Notes: generated by a model not told the origin, from the sequence alone. A stretch of 64,000 nucleotides of DNA from Eutreptiella sp. 'Long Island Sound 2002' (GCA_964036045.1 OZ038378.1:156922001-156986000), one strand, 5' to 3'. Shown: positions 45,829 through 59,300, counted from the stretch's first letter. Made by a program: numbers and translations.

Positions 45829-47996
45829 AATGTCCTGAACACAAAAGTGGCAGGCCGACAAAACCCGGGCGCAAGTGGGTCGAGAAGTGCACCACTTGCT
45901 TGTTTTGGCTTTCACTCAACACTCTATGCCCACCCTTGGTCTGGGGCCACCACCGTATGGTTTAATTAGGAGCCGTGCAGTGCTTGTGCTGTGGCTGTGC
46001 GTGGATGTCAAGGGCGCACGCTCATGCACCATGCCATGTTTGCCTCTACCAATCAATCTCAGTCCGCCACGAAGGCCGGTGCGAAGTGCGGAGTAAGAGT
46101 CAAACCCACACTCATTGAAAGTTTCATGGACAATTGCAGTAGGTGGGGTGTACCATGCGACAACAACATAGGGAGGCCTCCACGTCGGGCTATTGGGTCC
46201 CATCACTTGCACCGTGAGAAGTCCCAATGGTGGAGCACATTCAAGGGTCCAAAGAAACCTTGGCTCAATTGGGCACACGAGTCCGTTCCGTTCCGCATGA
46301 AATCCCGGAACCTAGCCCCCCCCCCCCCCCCCATCCAATTGTTCCACGGCTAGTCCCCGTGGACTCAAACCCAAAGCCCAACTGCTCATGTGGTGTAACA
46401 TGCAACCAAATGTAAGGGAATGATGAGTCTTGGTAAAAAAAAAAGTGAAAAACCGGCCTTTCTAAGGAGAGCAGTCACCGTGCACCATGGAAAGGGATGG
46501 TACGCTAAAGGATGAAATGCACGCCCCCCCCCCCCCACCTGAATCAACCTGTCAACCCAGAAACCTGGCCCAAAATTTTTTTTGAACCATGCAGTACAAG
46601 CAGTGTTTTGCCCCGTCTCGGTCCGTGTGTTTGGTATGGTTGTATGGGTTTGTATGGTTGAATGTGGCGGTGGAGTCGCCCTACGTATGCACCTAGATTT
46701 CCCAGTATGTGCAGCTGGAATAGCCTCTGAGACTTGCTCTGTGATGCTGTGTGTGCATTTCGGTCCTTGCTTGTTGTTTTGACGGCTTACCCCTGTCCCC
46801 CGATCATGTGGGGTCATGAAATGTATTATTGGTGTCCTGAAGCGTTGCATCTATGCAGAGGCATTACCTCAGTGGTACGACAGGGAGTGCCTTGAGAGGA
46901 CGCATGCCCACGGGGAGGATGGCAATGGCAAAGGAGTCCCCTCTAGGGCATGGGTCTGCCCGTTGTTTCCATCCCCTTCACCCCAAGACTTGGTAACCAC
47001 CCGAGTCCCAGGACCTCTACTCACCCACTATTGCGAGGGTGATGGGCAGGACAGGTACAGAGAATGGACACCTGAATTCCAGCCCGCCACGGTGCTCACA
47101 CACATGGTTAGCCAACCCTTGCCCCCAACACCTCCCACAGCGGAGGAGGGAAAGCTCATGAGAGAACACGATGTCTTGCACCCCGCTGACGACACCACAC
47201 AGGCATACTTGGAAATGCTATGCAGCACTCCCCTTGGCACTGTATTGCTATTCCTACTTTGTTCCTGCACAAACCCCTCGAAGATTCAGTATTGGGATGA
47301 CTGAACGTTAGGCTGCTAGTGTTGGTTGGTGAGGGCAGTATGCTGCAGTTGCGAGCAGTAGGAGAGGCATTCCACGCAACAGCAGGTGGCCCGAAATAGA
47401 CGTTTTCGTTTTCGCTGAGGACCGCTCTAATCAACCGATGGCCAATGAAAATTAGTTGACAGTTGGCTGGCAGCTGATGCTCAACGACGCCGAGCTGCTG
47501 CCGCTGCTGGTGCTGTTGCTGTTGAGGTTGCTACTGCTGCTGTTCTGGGTGCGATCTCAGGCACCTAATGGGAACAGAGGGGTTCTGAGATCCAAGGGGT
47601 TTGTGTCCCAAATATGACCAAGAAAAATTTCTTTTTTCTAAATTTTGACCCTCCCAAGAAATATTTTGTCACATCCCCACAGGAGCTGGTTGGCGGGCAT
47701 GATCGTTCCAAAGTATTCCTGGGGATTGGGGCAGGACAATACTTCAGGAAGTGGGGTATGTGAAACATATGAGCTGCTCCTGCTGTTGTTGACTCACAAG
47801 ATGGGTGGGGTGGGGCAGTGGCAAACACAAGGCGGTCGCAAACGCAGCTTACCAAACATGCTATTGCAACTCACTGATATGAAAAGTGCCCAAGAATACG
47901 AAAGGACATTCGGTAACGCAAACCAGTGTACCAAGAGCACCGAAGGAGCAAACGAGCGGCCAATCCTCCTTTCAGGTTGTTTCTTCTGTTCTGCCA

Positions 47997-49079
47997 ATGT
48001 CCAAAGTCCTCAGCAAATGGCCTGAGCTGGCTTTGAGTACACTGGGCTTCTTACCATGGCAGCACCTCTCGGATTGTGCCCCAGTGTGCAAGCTCTGGGC
48101 TAAAACCACCCGCTATCTGCTGGATCAGCCGCGGAAGGTCGCCTGCGCGTCACGCTCCACGAAGCAGGACCCTGAATTGTATACTTTCGTTGCGTCCCTT
48201 CCATTCCGTCCTGCATTTGCTTTTCTGCTTTGGAGCGGTCGTAAGGTGGCTCCCAACGTGCCTGAAATCCGGCAGCACTTGCCATACGACTGCCCGCTCG
48301 TGGCCGGCGAGACAGATGGCACCATTTGCTGCAAAACCCACAGTGCCAGTTTGGAGGTCCACGAAGTGGAGAGCGGGTCCTGTTGCACCCTTACGGTGTT
48401 TCCAGCGATGCCCGGGGTGGCGTACACGCCTTGGCGGTTGACGAAGGGCCATGCAGAAGGGCTAGAGGGCGACTTCAACCGCCCACTGCGGGCGTTGGTG
48501 TTCCTCTGCACCGAACACCGGTTCATCCCAAGTGTGCTGCAGCTGGTGCAGCAGTACCACGGCGGCGGTATCCATGTCGCTGGCGGAGTGACAGGCGCCA
48601 AGTTGTGGTTCAACGGAGTCAAGGAATCAAAAGGCGCCGTCGGGTTTGGCATTTGCGGTGATGTCCAGTGCGAGTCTGCCGTCGCCACCCGCATGGACAT
48701 CGACGTCCTCAAGGTGATGCCGCCCCTCAAAGCCGCAGTCGAAACCCCGACGTATGGCATGCTTTTCCCCTGCGTAGCCCGTGGGATGTCCTTGCACGAG
48801 GATCCAAATGTGGAGAGCAAAGCCTTCCTGTCGATGTTCCCTCATACCCCACTGACTGGCTTTTTCTGTCAGGGGGAGATCCACTACATCACCTCTGATG
48901 ACAGCCCGGATGCAGAAGACCTTGAAGAGGGCATGCACGCCTATTCTTCCGTTTTCTTGGTCTGGGGCCCATCACCTCAGCCCCGTGAGTATCGACATGG
49001 CCCCCTGCCTCCTTCTGGGTACCGATTGGAGGGCGGGCGCGTCGTTGTCCCTCGTGCGCTGAAGGCGCAGACCATGTGA
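47997..49079 (+). CDS. F-box + FIST domain protein (FBXO22-like), intronless
   Basis: N-terminal PELALSTLGFLPWQHLSDCAPVCKLW (F-box). FIST motifs VAGGVTG, AVGFGICG, GMLFPCVARG...Y/HE..NVES..F...FP..PLTGFFC.GEI, HAYSSVF. Acceptor cctttcag| at 47975. Confidence 0.85.
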   Translation: MSKVLSKWPELALSTLGFLPWQHLSDCAPVCKLWAKTTRYLLDQPRKVACASRSTKQDPELYTFVASLPFRPAFAFLLWSGRKVAPNVPEIRQHLPYDCPLVAGETDGTICCKTHSASLEVHEVESGSCCTLTVFPAMPGVAYTPWRLTKGHAEGLEGDFNRPLRALVFLCTEHRFIPSVLQLVQQYHGGGIHVAGGVTGAKLWFNGVKESKGAVGFGICGDVQCESAVATRMDIDVLKVMPPLKAAVETPTYGMLFPCVARGMSLHEDPNVESKAFLSMFPHTPLTGFFCQGEIHYITSDDSPDAEDLEEGMHAYSSVFLVWGPSPQPREYRHGPLPPSGYRLEGGRVVVPRALKAQTM

Positions 49080-49427
49080 CAGCCTGTGGATGCCGTACAC
49101 GGGTTTCGAGCACGGCTTCCGGATCCGTACCCATTTGATTCCACACCCAGAGCCACCGCTATTGTCTGACAGCATGACGCTTGCCTTGCCAGGCGCGCTA
49201 TTGTACAGTATATAGGACAGTATATAGAATCTATATAGTATGATGCATCGATTCGCCTCCCAACCCAGTCTTAGCGTGATTGCAGGCCTGCACTTCGGTG
49301 GGGAAAGGGCATTGGGAGGGCGTTGCCGGAATTGCTTTGATTTCTCCGTGAATAGGTCTCCTGCAGGTTTAGGGCTATTGGAAAAACGGTGCTCCACTTT
49401 GAGATTCAACGAGGTGCAATGTATATA

Positions 49428-49459
<32 letters not shown>

Positions 49460-49463
<4 letters not shown>

Positions 49464-50075
49464 GGGCTGTCCATAATGTGCCAACGCGGTGGGGGTTTTA
49501 ACTTTTACCAGGTTTTCCGAACTTTCGGTCCGATGCCCCAAAATATTGCTCCCCACGGGGGGGTATGTGTATACTTTTTGAAATCTGTGAGAAAAGGCCG
49601 TTTCAGAAATGTCGGGTTGGTAGGGGGGGTAGGCGGTCACCTTTTTGAGCACAGAGCTGGAAATTGGACAACGCACAGGATGGAGCAATGCACAGGGGAC
49701 GACTGATTACTCCGAATTCGAATCGTCGCCATGGTTGTCCCTCTCCACAAGGGCTGGGACCCCATTGGAGCATACATCGCCCTGCTTGTGAATGGGAACA
49801 TATTTCATGTGGCCAAAAACTCCTGCTGTGAGCCCTTTGTGGGGTATACCTTTCGATACCAAAATTGGGCTGCAAAAGCAGTGGCCTCTGCGGTGGACAG
49901 TGTCCCTCGTGGGTGCATGCAGGTTGCTGCGAACCGGTTGTACGAGGCCTTTTTGCTTTGCTGGGAGTCGTCCCACGAGTTAGAAGTCGTCCCACGCACC
50001 CACTCTGCCCCACCGGAGCGCGCTCTTTTGGCGCACCAAAGGTTTTTGTGGTGCATCTGGGGATGCAACAGCATG
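49460..50075. mobile_element. Third, 3'-truncated copy of the AWWT-TSD family
   Basis: Follows ATAT(CT)n and is colinear with about 490-1060. Right TIR not found. Confidence 0.7.
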
Positions 50076-52529
50076 TGGCGTGAATTTGTATATGTACATA
50101 CATAGATAGATACACATATATACACACAGAATTGTGGTGGATGGCGAAGGGGGTGATTGGTGGTAATTCACCAATTGGGACCCGTCTGTCTCTCGCTGCA
50201 AGGACCTTCGCAGCTCAGTGCCGTCTCCGTTGAGTGTTCTGATCGGCGGAGATGTTTACCTTCGGCCTTGGAATTTCCGTTTCCTCCTTTTCTGGCATGG
50301 GCCTTTGGAGACATAGGAGGGTGTTGCGCTAGGTTGGATGCTCTCATTGTGGACGAAGACTGCCTGTGGTTGATTCCATGCTTTTTGGGGCGTGATGGGT
50401 GTGCGCTGAATGAGTTGCACCGGTGTTAGCGGCAATGTCGTTGACCTGGCTGCTGGGGCCCGTTTACGAGACTGTCTACGAGATAGGAATCGAAGCGGAA
50501 TGGCCAATTTGCGCGATGTATGCCATTGTTCAGTGGATTCTTCAAGTGTGAAGGTGCTTGCGCAGTCCGTGCATTGTTGTTGATGTTCTCCTTTCTCTTC
50601 TTCTGGGAATCCCTACGCTTGGGATGCTACGCAAAGGCCCAAGGTGCCAAATTTGGGTGGGTATATTTTTGCCACTTTTTGTAGCAGCGAAAATTGCCCA
50701 ACAAAAATTTTACTGGCTGACCCCCAAAAGCCGGGGAAACCAGGGAAATCACACCCTGATTTGGAGTTGCTTACCCCGACCTTTGCCTCAGACTAACCCA
50801 CCCAGCCCCAAGTCCAGACCTGGGTACGCCAGGACTTGCATAGGTTCATAATGGAAAGTGGAGTCTGGCAGGACATGTCAGCACGCAGCGACTCTGCAAA
50901 CAAATGTTTGGTCATGAGGCAGTGCACTGCAGCACAATACACCGTGCGCAGTTCCCCAGCACTGACTAGGTCCAACAAACTTGCTTCACATAAAATGGGG
51001 CTAATGAGGAACCTGAGATCATCAATTTGCAGACAAGGTGCGGGGAAAGGGTGCGAAGATATGCATGCACAGCAAAAGGGGAGATGGTTCCGTTCCACAT
51101 GGGTCCACATGGGCAGAGCGATTCCAACATGCAGTCAGCGAGACTATGTCACATGAACCCAGTCAAAACTTGAGAATTGAAAAAGGTCATAAGAAGCAGG
51201 GTCTTTTGCCTGCTAAGTTGAAGCAACACGGTGGCCGCAAGCAGCATCATGCGCATACACATTCCAGTACCCCCTGCATCAAAGACACCGAATGATACTA
51301 TTTCAGTGACCAGTCTCAATGTGCACACCAAAATGACTTCCATGTCCGTTGAAAAGCGGCTGGGCAAGGCCATCCTTGCAGCAACCGGGAGGACCCCAAC
51401 GAAAATGATGGGATGCTCTTTGGGCATCGACAGCATGCAGAGCGTTCATGAAGGGAGAGAAAGCGGTTGAAAGTGTACAAGAGCGCCTTGTGCCCAGAGT
51501 TGATAGGACCTTGAAGGGGCCATGCCTCTAGGTAACTAGCTGATGCACCGTGTCGAACACTCCACAACTGCTGAAAGTGGGAGTGATCCTAGCCAATGGA
51601 TCATCCATTCCAAAGCGATGATGACCACTGTGTGGCGTGCGATGCCGTAGGCGTCCCCCATGCTTCTCAAAAGGGGGCGGGGGAGGCTGGCCAGGCGGTG
51701 GGAGTGGCACCTTCCACCCCTAGCGTCCCCGCACCCCAACACTGTGTTGTTAGGCACCGCCCCCACATCCGCCACGGGAGGGACCATCGGCTAAATGACG
51801 TGCTGTTGGCGATGCGGCCTCGAGGCCGGTGCTCCCTGAAGAACGATTTGGTAGATCGAGAGCGGTTCGATGTTGATGTTCCTCCTCCCTCCTCCCCAAT
51901 GTGTGTTTCTCCCGATCCCCTGTCGCAGTGTCCCACTGAGCCCCTTCCCTCAGAGCACTGTGTCGGTGCTCTTGTCCTGCTGCCGGACCAATGCACATAA
52001 ATGCGACAAGCACTCGCGTCCTCCCCCCCCCCCCCAATCGGCCCAATTTTAAGCCACCACAAAGTGAGGGTGTTGGCCGTGGGCTGCTTGCCCCTTTCCG
52101 GGGACCAGGAAAATGGCCCAAAGAATGCATGGTCAGAGCAGTGTCGACTTGTGCGATCATGCAGGAGGGTCCGCAATGAAAAGCACCACCCGATGACTAT
52201 ATAACCAGAGCGGCAACAACCCGTGCGGCTATACAATAGGGTGCACCCCGGTCACCCCCTATTTTTCCTCTGCAGAAGCAACCAAAACCAACAACACCGA
52301 CACGAGGTGCGCAGAGTAAAACAAACGTAAACAAGCAATAGGACACCGCAGCAACAGATGGCGGATACAGATGGACCCATGGGCTGCATCACTGCCCATG
52401 CCCGGGAAGAGACCAAGGACATTCCCCAGCATGTAGCAGTTCAGAGGATGATGCTGTACCACCAAGTCCATGAAGTGTCCGGGTGGTGTCCTCTGCCCGA
52501 GTACATACCCAGCAATTATCAAGTACAAT

Positions 52530-52610
52530 CCCAGCATCAGAGGGCATCAGTGCACGCCCAGCATCAGAGGGCATCAGTTCAGGCCCAGCATCAGAGGGCA
52601 TCAGATGGCA
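52530..52610. repeat. 27-bp minisatellite x3
   Basis: CCCAGCATCAGAGGGCATCAG core repeated three times. Confidence 0.85.
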
Positions 52611-54005
52611 TCAGCAATGGCCCAGCATTAAAGGGCATAGGTGCAGACCCAACACAAGAGGGACGACAAAGAGCAGGCAGACCAAAAAAAGAGCAAGGTG
52701 TGAACACAAATGGACGGGCGCAACGGGGAGGAAAACGGGGGTAGGGGCACAGAAAAGGAGGAAAACAACGCAATAGGAGCCGGAGAACCTAGCGGTTAAA
52801 ACCCAAAGGGGTTTGCTGCTCGGGGGAGGACGTCCGGGTAAGGACACGCAGTCAAACGCGGGAGCACGGAGCATCACGCGTGTAACAAAAACAAGAGCGG
52901 TCGCAGAGTCAGAGCCAATGAACCCGGTGGTTAGATCTCCCCAGTGGCTGGGGGGTGCATCACACAGGGGAGGACGTCCATGCCCACCGATCTATGAGGC
53001 TTGCATTGCACAGGCAATGGGCTTTATAGGGAGGGTAAGCATAAAAGAATCATCTCATATCCAACACATGATGGTTACCTGGGATTACTCTTGTGGGGAT
53101 ACCGGGGGGATCACCATGGATTGCAGTACGGACACGTGTGTGTGGACGGACGCCCCATGGTACTCCGCTAGGCTCCCCGCTAGGGCGCCCAGGAACCCAG
53201 CTTCATGGGGCGCAGTCCTCCAGATGGTCTCCTGGGGAATGTGTCTTTCACCCATGCAAGCACAGCAGTATGCGGAGGTGGAACGCAGAGGATGAGTCGA
53301 AGGTCCGTCACGTGACCAGCCTTCGGCGCAGTGGACGGCCAATTACCGTACACTAGTCCTCCTCCTCCTCCCCCCCCTGAATGGGCTGCACATATCTTTC
53401 CAACCATACAACACATCTCAGTTGCCTGGTCTCTTGATGGAGAATTCCCAACTTTCGTACCTTGCAATATGTTCATCAGGCGAGATATGCACAAACAAAT
53501 TGTCATAAGAAGCAAAGTACGCACCACGTTTTCATGTGGTTCCTCAAAATCTCCCATTCTCTACTCTAACTACTTGAGATGGAACTTCATGGCTCCAAAC
53601 AAAACATTGGTGGTTTTCCCTTGAAAAAACTTGGCAACAACGTGTCCATGACAACCATGGGTTAGCACAAGCTTTACGTGTCCACAAAATGCAATACGCA
53701 AACCTTGTCCTGTGTTGTTGCTGCGTGTGCTGTCGCTGGGCAAGCGCTGCTGCTGCTGCATGGGGCCCAAGAGCAGGTTTGCATGACCTTTCTCATCATG
53801 TGTCTGCCCCAAGGGATGAACGGGGTGTGGCAGGCGAGGTGCGAATCTGACGGCATTACTGAAGTGCACATCGTGCCATGCAGCTCTGAACGCCTGGCGG
53901 AAGTACACTTTCTCGGGCCTTTGTCAACTGTTGGGTGTGTAAATCTCTGTGATTCCTGTTTCTGTGCTTCGTGCTTGCAATATCCGCTTCTTCTCTGTGC
54001 AGACA

Positions 54006-56327
54006 ATGTATGCGCAGAGCTGCTTTCAACCGCCCTACATCGGCGGCCCAGTGGGGCACCCTTTGCCTTTGACATCCCCCTCCCAGCAACCGATGTATTA
54101 CATCGCAGGACAGCAGACCCCTTCCCTACAACAGACTTCGTCCTTTCAACAAGCCTCATCCCTACAACAAGTCTCCTCCGTACAACAGGCTTCATCCCTC
54201 GGCTTTGGAGCCCCCTACATCGCCGGCCTGGGGAGTACAGCCTCCAGCACTGTCGCGGAGCAAAAGGAAGTGGAGCAGCATAGGACGTCCGAATTCGATT
54301 GTGGCGTCGCCAGTTGCCGCGGGCTGCGCTCATCGATGGAGGACGCACACGGCGTGCAGACGGGTACCGGAGTGGGAGTGTTCGGGGTCTTTGATGGGCA
54401 CAATGGGAGCTGCTGTGCAAAGTTTGTGGCACAGGCACTCACCGAGAGATTTCTGCGGTGCGAAGGGGCGCAGCTCCATCCCTCGTACTTGGAATACCTT
54501 TGCCTCTCAGTCGACAGGGATTTCGTTGCCGAGACCGGGGACGACAGTGGGTGCACGGCGGCCTTCGTCTTGGTGCATTCCGGAAGGGACCAGTACGACC
54601 TGACGGTGGGCAACGTGGGTGACGCCCGGGTGCTGGTTGGCTCTGGCACTCGGCTGTGCGTTGCCACGACGGACCACAAGCCCACAGTGCCGGAGGAGGC
54701 TGCCCGCATACAGGCGTGTGGGGGCCAGATCGAGTCCGGCCGAGTCGATGGGATGCTCGCAGTGTCCCGTGCATTCGGCGACAGGTATTTCAAGACCTGC
54801 TGGGAGTCGCCGTTGCAACAGAAGGTGATTTCCGCGCCATCCATCACCCGCCAGTCTGCCAACCCCGGCGACTTCATCGTTGTGGCCTGTGACGGGGTCT
54901 TTGAGGCGAATTTCACGAACGAGGAGGTGGTGCAGTTCGTCGGCAGCGCGTTGCAGCAGAACCCCGACAGCGGCGTGGCGTGCGCCGCCCTCTGCGATGA
55001 GGCGCTGCGCCGAGGCTCCAGTGACAATATCACTGCAATGGTTGTGCGGCTGTTGGCCCCACCTCAGCCCGCAGCCCCGGCGCTTCCAGAGTCAACAACG
55101 CCTTCAATATCGCCATCTGCAACGCCGTCTCCAGCCCCATCGCCATCTCCACCCTTGAGCCCTTCCCGGCTCCTCCAGACTGCAGTACCAGCGACGTCTT
55201 CAGGCGAACCCTCGTCCGCAACCGACAGGCCCCTTACTCCCTCCCGACTCCCGCTCCCACCGTCTGCAGCGTCCACCCCATTTGTGTCGCCACGAGAGTC
55301 CCCAGCAGCAGCAGATCGCCCATTGACGCCATCGAGGCTGCCGCTCCCACCGTCTGCAACGTCCACCCCATTTGTGTTGCCACGAGAGTCCCCAGCAGCA
55401 GCAGATCGCCCATTGACGCCATCGAGGCTGCCGCTCCCACCGTCTGCAGCGTCCACCCCATTTGTGTCGCCACGAGAGTCCCCAGCAGCAGCAGATCGCC
55501 CATTGACTCCATCGAGGCTGCCGCTCCCACCGTCTGCAGCGTCCACCCCATTTGTGTCGCCACGAGAGTCCCCAGTGGCAGATTGCTCACGAACGCTGTT
55601 CAGGCTTCCGCTTCCGCTGTCTGCAGCGTCCAGCCCATTCATATCTCCACGAGAGTCGCCGTCTCAGTTTTCCATCCCCTCAGACCCATGCACGCTTGAG
55701 CTGCCACCGTCTCGATCGACCCCTTTCACGTGTCCGCAGGCATCTTCTTCCCCGTACCATCCTTCGCCATCGCCTACCTTTCCGCCAGTATCTCAAGCTG
55801 AGCCCTCGGAAGGGCGTACGCCATCGGCGTGGGTGATCCCCGCTGCTGCTGACCCGCCTTTGCCAGGGCCCTGGGGCGTGACAGTGAACACGGCTTCACT
55901 TGGACAATCGTCCTGGGTGCTCCCTGGTGACCCCAGCTCGCCTGCAAAACCATCCTGGGTGGTACCTGATCCAGGTCCGCCTAAACCAGCTTCCTGGTGG
56001 TTGCCAGGTCGGTCGCCAGGTGATCTCGGTGTCCGGACCACCTCTTGGACGTTGCCAGGGGGCTCGAGCTCCCCTGCATCAGCATCCTGGGGGTTGCCTC
56101 CTCAACCAGTCATCCAACCGGAAGTACCATTATCACCACCAACAAACTCAGAGCATGCCTCCCGAATTCCATCCCGGTCCACTGCGTTCGCACACGTGCT
56201 GCCGTCTCCGAAACGGCCGGCCCCTGCTCCGTGCTACACAGTAATGGCATCACAAAGTTTGAGTGAAGCAGAAAAGAGCGTCCCGCAGACGGGCACAGTA
56301 GTGTACGTAGATGGCACTTGCCCATAG
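54006..56327 (+). CDS. PP2C-family Ser/Thr protein phosphatase with Pro/Ser-rich repeat tail, intronless (773 aa)
   Basis: RSSMEDAH, VFDGHNG, SGCTA, NVGDAR, TTDHKP, RVDGMLAVSRAFGD, VACDGVFE, GSSDNIT. Acceptor ctgtgcag|acaATG. Confidence 0.93.
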   Translation: MYAQSCFQPPYIGGPVGHPLPLTSPSQQPMYYIAGQQTPSLQQTSSFQQASSLQQVSSVQQASSLGFGAPYIAGLGSTASSTVAEQKEVEQHRTSEFDCGVASCRGLRSSMEDAHGVQTGTGVGVFGVFDGHNGSCCAKFVAQALTERFLRCEGAQLHPSYLEYLCLSVDRDFVAETGDDSGCTAAFVLVHSGRDQYDLTVGNVGDARVLVGSGTRLCVATTDHKPTVPEEAARIQACGGQIESGRVDGMLAVSRAFGDRYFKTCWESPLQQKVISAPSITRQSANPGDFIVVACDGVFEANFTNEEVVQFVGSALQQNPDSGVACAALCDEALRRGSSDNITAMVVRLLAPPQPAAPALPESTTPSISPSATPSPAPSPSPPLSPSRLLQTAVPATSSGEPSSATDRPLTPSRLPLPPSAASTPFVSPRESPAAADRPLTPSRLPLPPSATSTPFVLPRESPAAADRPLTPSRLPLPPSAASTPFVSPRESPAAADRPLTPSRLPLPPSAASTPFVSPRESPVADCSRTLFRLPLPLSAASSPFISPRESPSQFSIPSDPCTLELPPSRSTPFTCPQASSSPYHPSPSPTFPPVSQAEPSEGRTPSAWVIPAAADPPLPGPWGVTVNTASLGQSSWVLPGDPSSPAKPSWVVPDPGPPKPASWWLPGRSPGDLGVRTTSWTLPGGSSSPASASWGLPPQPVIQPEVPLSPPTNSEHASRIPSRSTAFAHVLPSPKRPAPAPCYTVMASQSLSEAEKSVPQTGTVVYVDGTCP
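55221..55665 (+). repeat. 90-bp (30-aa) coding tandem repeat x about 5
   Basis: AADRPLTPSRLPLPPSAASTPFVSPRESPA units; the middle three are nearly identical. Confidence 0.92.
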
Positions 56328-59300
56328 CATTGAGAGACAGGGAGCAACCGTGTCACGCAAATCGTGAGCAGTGTGTCGCAGAAGACATCGATGGAAGCGG
56401 TGTGACGCAGGTTACACCTTACTGTGGCCCCCAACCCCTCGTACAGACCAGACATGCCACTAAAGTCTGGCAGGGCAACCGGTGCTCAGTAGCAGTCGGC
56501 CCCAAACCGAAGGCCACTCAGCAATACCCGCCCTCTGCACCGCCAGAACTCAGTAGGGACGTGCTGCGTCCCGCGCGCAGTCTTGGTAGGACCCTGCTCC
56601 ATCTGATCACGTCTGGGCCGGCAGACGCGAGTGGCAAGTCTGGTACAGACTCGTTTCTCAGGTGCGGCCAGCGGCAGGCCCAGCAGTAGGGCAAGCAGTA
56701 CTGAACAGTAGCAGGAAAATTGGGAAAAGGGGGCCAATGGATGAAACGGTGAAATTTGTGAGAATTTTGCAGAAAAATGCTGAAAACCGCCCCTGAAATG
56801 ATGGAAAATGGAGGTTCCGGTGGGTCACGAGGTGTAGGGGATGCAGTAAATGGGCTGTGACTTCCAGAAAAATGGGGAAACGGGGGAAAAGATCGGGGGG
56901 TGGTGAAGGAAGACTTGGGGAGATGGTTGGTAATATGGAACACATGGCCTCTTTCCACAGTGTTGCCTCTTTTGTCCCATCTTGGCCGGCAATGGGGTAT
57001 GTGCACACCCACAACGGGGTGCATTGCATTCCGATCAAGGTTTTGTGAGACCCAAATGGGCAGCACCAGGAAAACCGGGGGGGGGGGGGGATGGGTGAAG
57101 CATGGGAAGTCGCGGTAAACTCTTCGAAAATATTGGAAGAAACCACCCCTGAAATGGTACAGCAAGGTGGTTTCCCCCCTCCCCCCTGCTTGCACCCCAT
57201 CCCCCCTCATTTTTCCTTTTTCCCCATTGTTCCTCGGATACGTTGTCGGGCCGGCCGAGTCAAGAAGCGCCGGTCTTTGGACCACGACGGAACAGTAGTA
57301 CCCCCACCCCCCCTTGTCCAGTAAGCGCCCTTGTCTAGTAAGCGGGTGGGGGGGGGGGCGAGGGTGCCGTCACGTTCCATTTTCCAAATTTTCTTAGAAG
57401 ATTGGAGATTGAGGTCCTCCTGTGTGTCTGCTGGTTGCACAAGGGACTGTTGTTGGTGCACTGCTGTGTACGTCGAACTTGGGATTAACCCAACAAGTGG
57501 ACCAAAGCGACATTGGGATTAACTTGGGATTATCCCAAAACGTGGGCCTAAATGGCATTGGGATTCACTGGGGATTAACCCAAAACGTGGGCCAAAATGG
57601 CACTGGGATTCCCTTGGTATTAACCCAATAATTGGGCCCAAATGGTACCGGGATTAGTTAGGGGTTAACCGAACAAGTAGACCATTTCTTGCATGGAAGG
57701 CACTGCACTGTGCCGTGTATCATGCAGAACACTTCATTTTTCGCAATTTCAGCCGTGAATGTCGATGATATTGGCACATACTCTCCTGGTTCTGTTGTCC
57801 ATTTCCAACGTTCAGACGGTAAAAATGTGTCTGCCAAGATTCTGGGCGCCGTGGAGTGTGGTGCTGACCACCTGTCCATCACATATGAGCGCTCCGGTAC
57901 TGTGGTGTGCAGGGCTGTGCCCCTGTAGCACGGATGTCCCTTCTCCGTGTGTGGACACCCCCACGACCCACCTCAGCTCCTGCAACGGCCAACCGGGCAG
58001 AGAGAAGGCAAACTGGGAAGAAGGTGCAGGTGAATCTGGACGCTTTTTTGCGCCCCTCATCCCCCCCCCCCCCCAACTGATGAGACGCACGCCATGCGGC
58101 TCACTAGTGAATCTAGCCCTCCCCCAAACAAGCGCACATTTCACAGCGGCGGTCCCCCTCGAAACCAGCACCCATTGCGCTGTGCTCTGGCCGTGGGGGA
58201 TGTACGCGTGCTGCCGCCTTCCGCCCTGTCAAGTGGGAACGAGTCGGTGCATCCCACCCTGGTGTGGGGTGGGCCGGAATGTGCGGCTTCTCCTTCAGGG
58301 TTCGTGGTGGCCGGGCCTCAAACCACGACCCCAACCCCTTGGAAAACCCCTCCACCACCCTCTTTGCCGCCCTTTGCCGCCCCGTGCCGCTCTTCACCCC
58401 CCTGGCTCTCCTGTGCCCCCTCTTTCTGCCCTGGGGAGCCAGATATTTATGGTAGATTGGAAGGCTTCAGGCCATGTGCTGGTGCAGCTGGTGAGAAGGT
58501 GGTTGGCTTTGGTGCAGAAGGTGAGGTGGGAGGGAGGATCAAGTGAGTATGCCTTCCAACAAGGGAAACGGAGAACGTTGGTGAGAATGCAATTTGGATG
58601 GGACCCCTTACAAGAGAATGGCTCATTAGTCCACGCGAATGGGGGGAAGAACAACCAAGGTCCCGTTGTTGGACTTTGCCTTCCCTCTTCTCTTGCCGGG
58701 AGCCATACCCAGTCCCACTCAGTCCCCCAGCCCAGCTCCCCCATTTGCCGCGAGTCTTCGTTTCCTCTGCGAGATTCCCCCCGGTTCTTCCTTCACGGAG
58801 AACAGCCCTCCAAGGACACCCCATTTGACCGGTGGTTCACTGGCAGTCAACCGCCAATTGTTGGCGATTGATTGCCTAATTCTCTTTCATTAAGCACGAC
58901 CAATAGTGACGATTAATAGAAACCAACTGCGCCTGAATGTCAATCCCCCTTCCCTCTCTAGTGGCGATGGTATATGACATGCAGCCCACTGATTCATCTC
59001 CGCCTGCAATCTTCACACCGCTGTCTTTTTCCGCCCACAGTCATTGTGCCTCACGCACACTGGGCAGCCTACGGGCGTGGCAGTCTCCCACTGCATCACC
59101 CGGTTTCAGACTCAGCCAATCCGCACTACGTGTCAGATCCGCTACCACAGCCACTGTGGGATCATCGTAGCACAGGACAGCTCTGAACCTTGATTCCGAG
59201 AGGTTATCTCGAGTTCTGTAAAGTGAGCAGGCGACGCCAGCTCATTTTTCTTTCATTAAGCACGACTGTGGGTGAAGGTTTGGTACCTACCCCCCCTCGC

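Noticed and set aside
55064-55642. 192-aa minus-strand repeat ORF
   Set aside because: Antisense of the PP2C 90-bp repeat.
56690-57930. Apparent interspersed repeats with short ORFs
   Set aside because: They look like high-copy repeat families, but I could not define ends, TIRs or TSDs from one copy.
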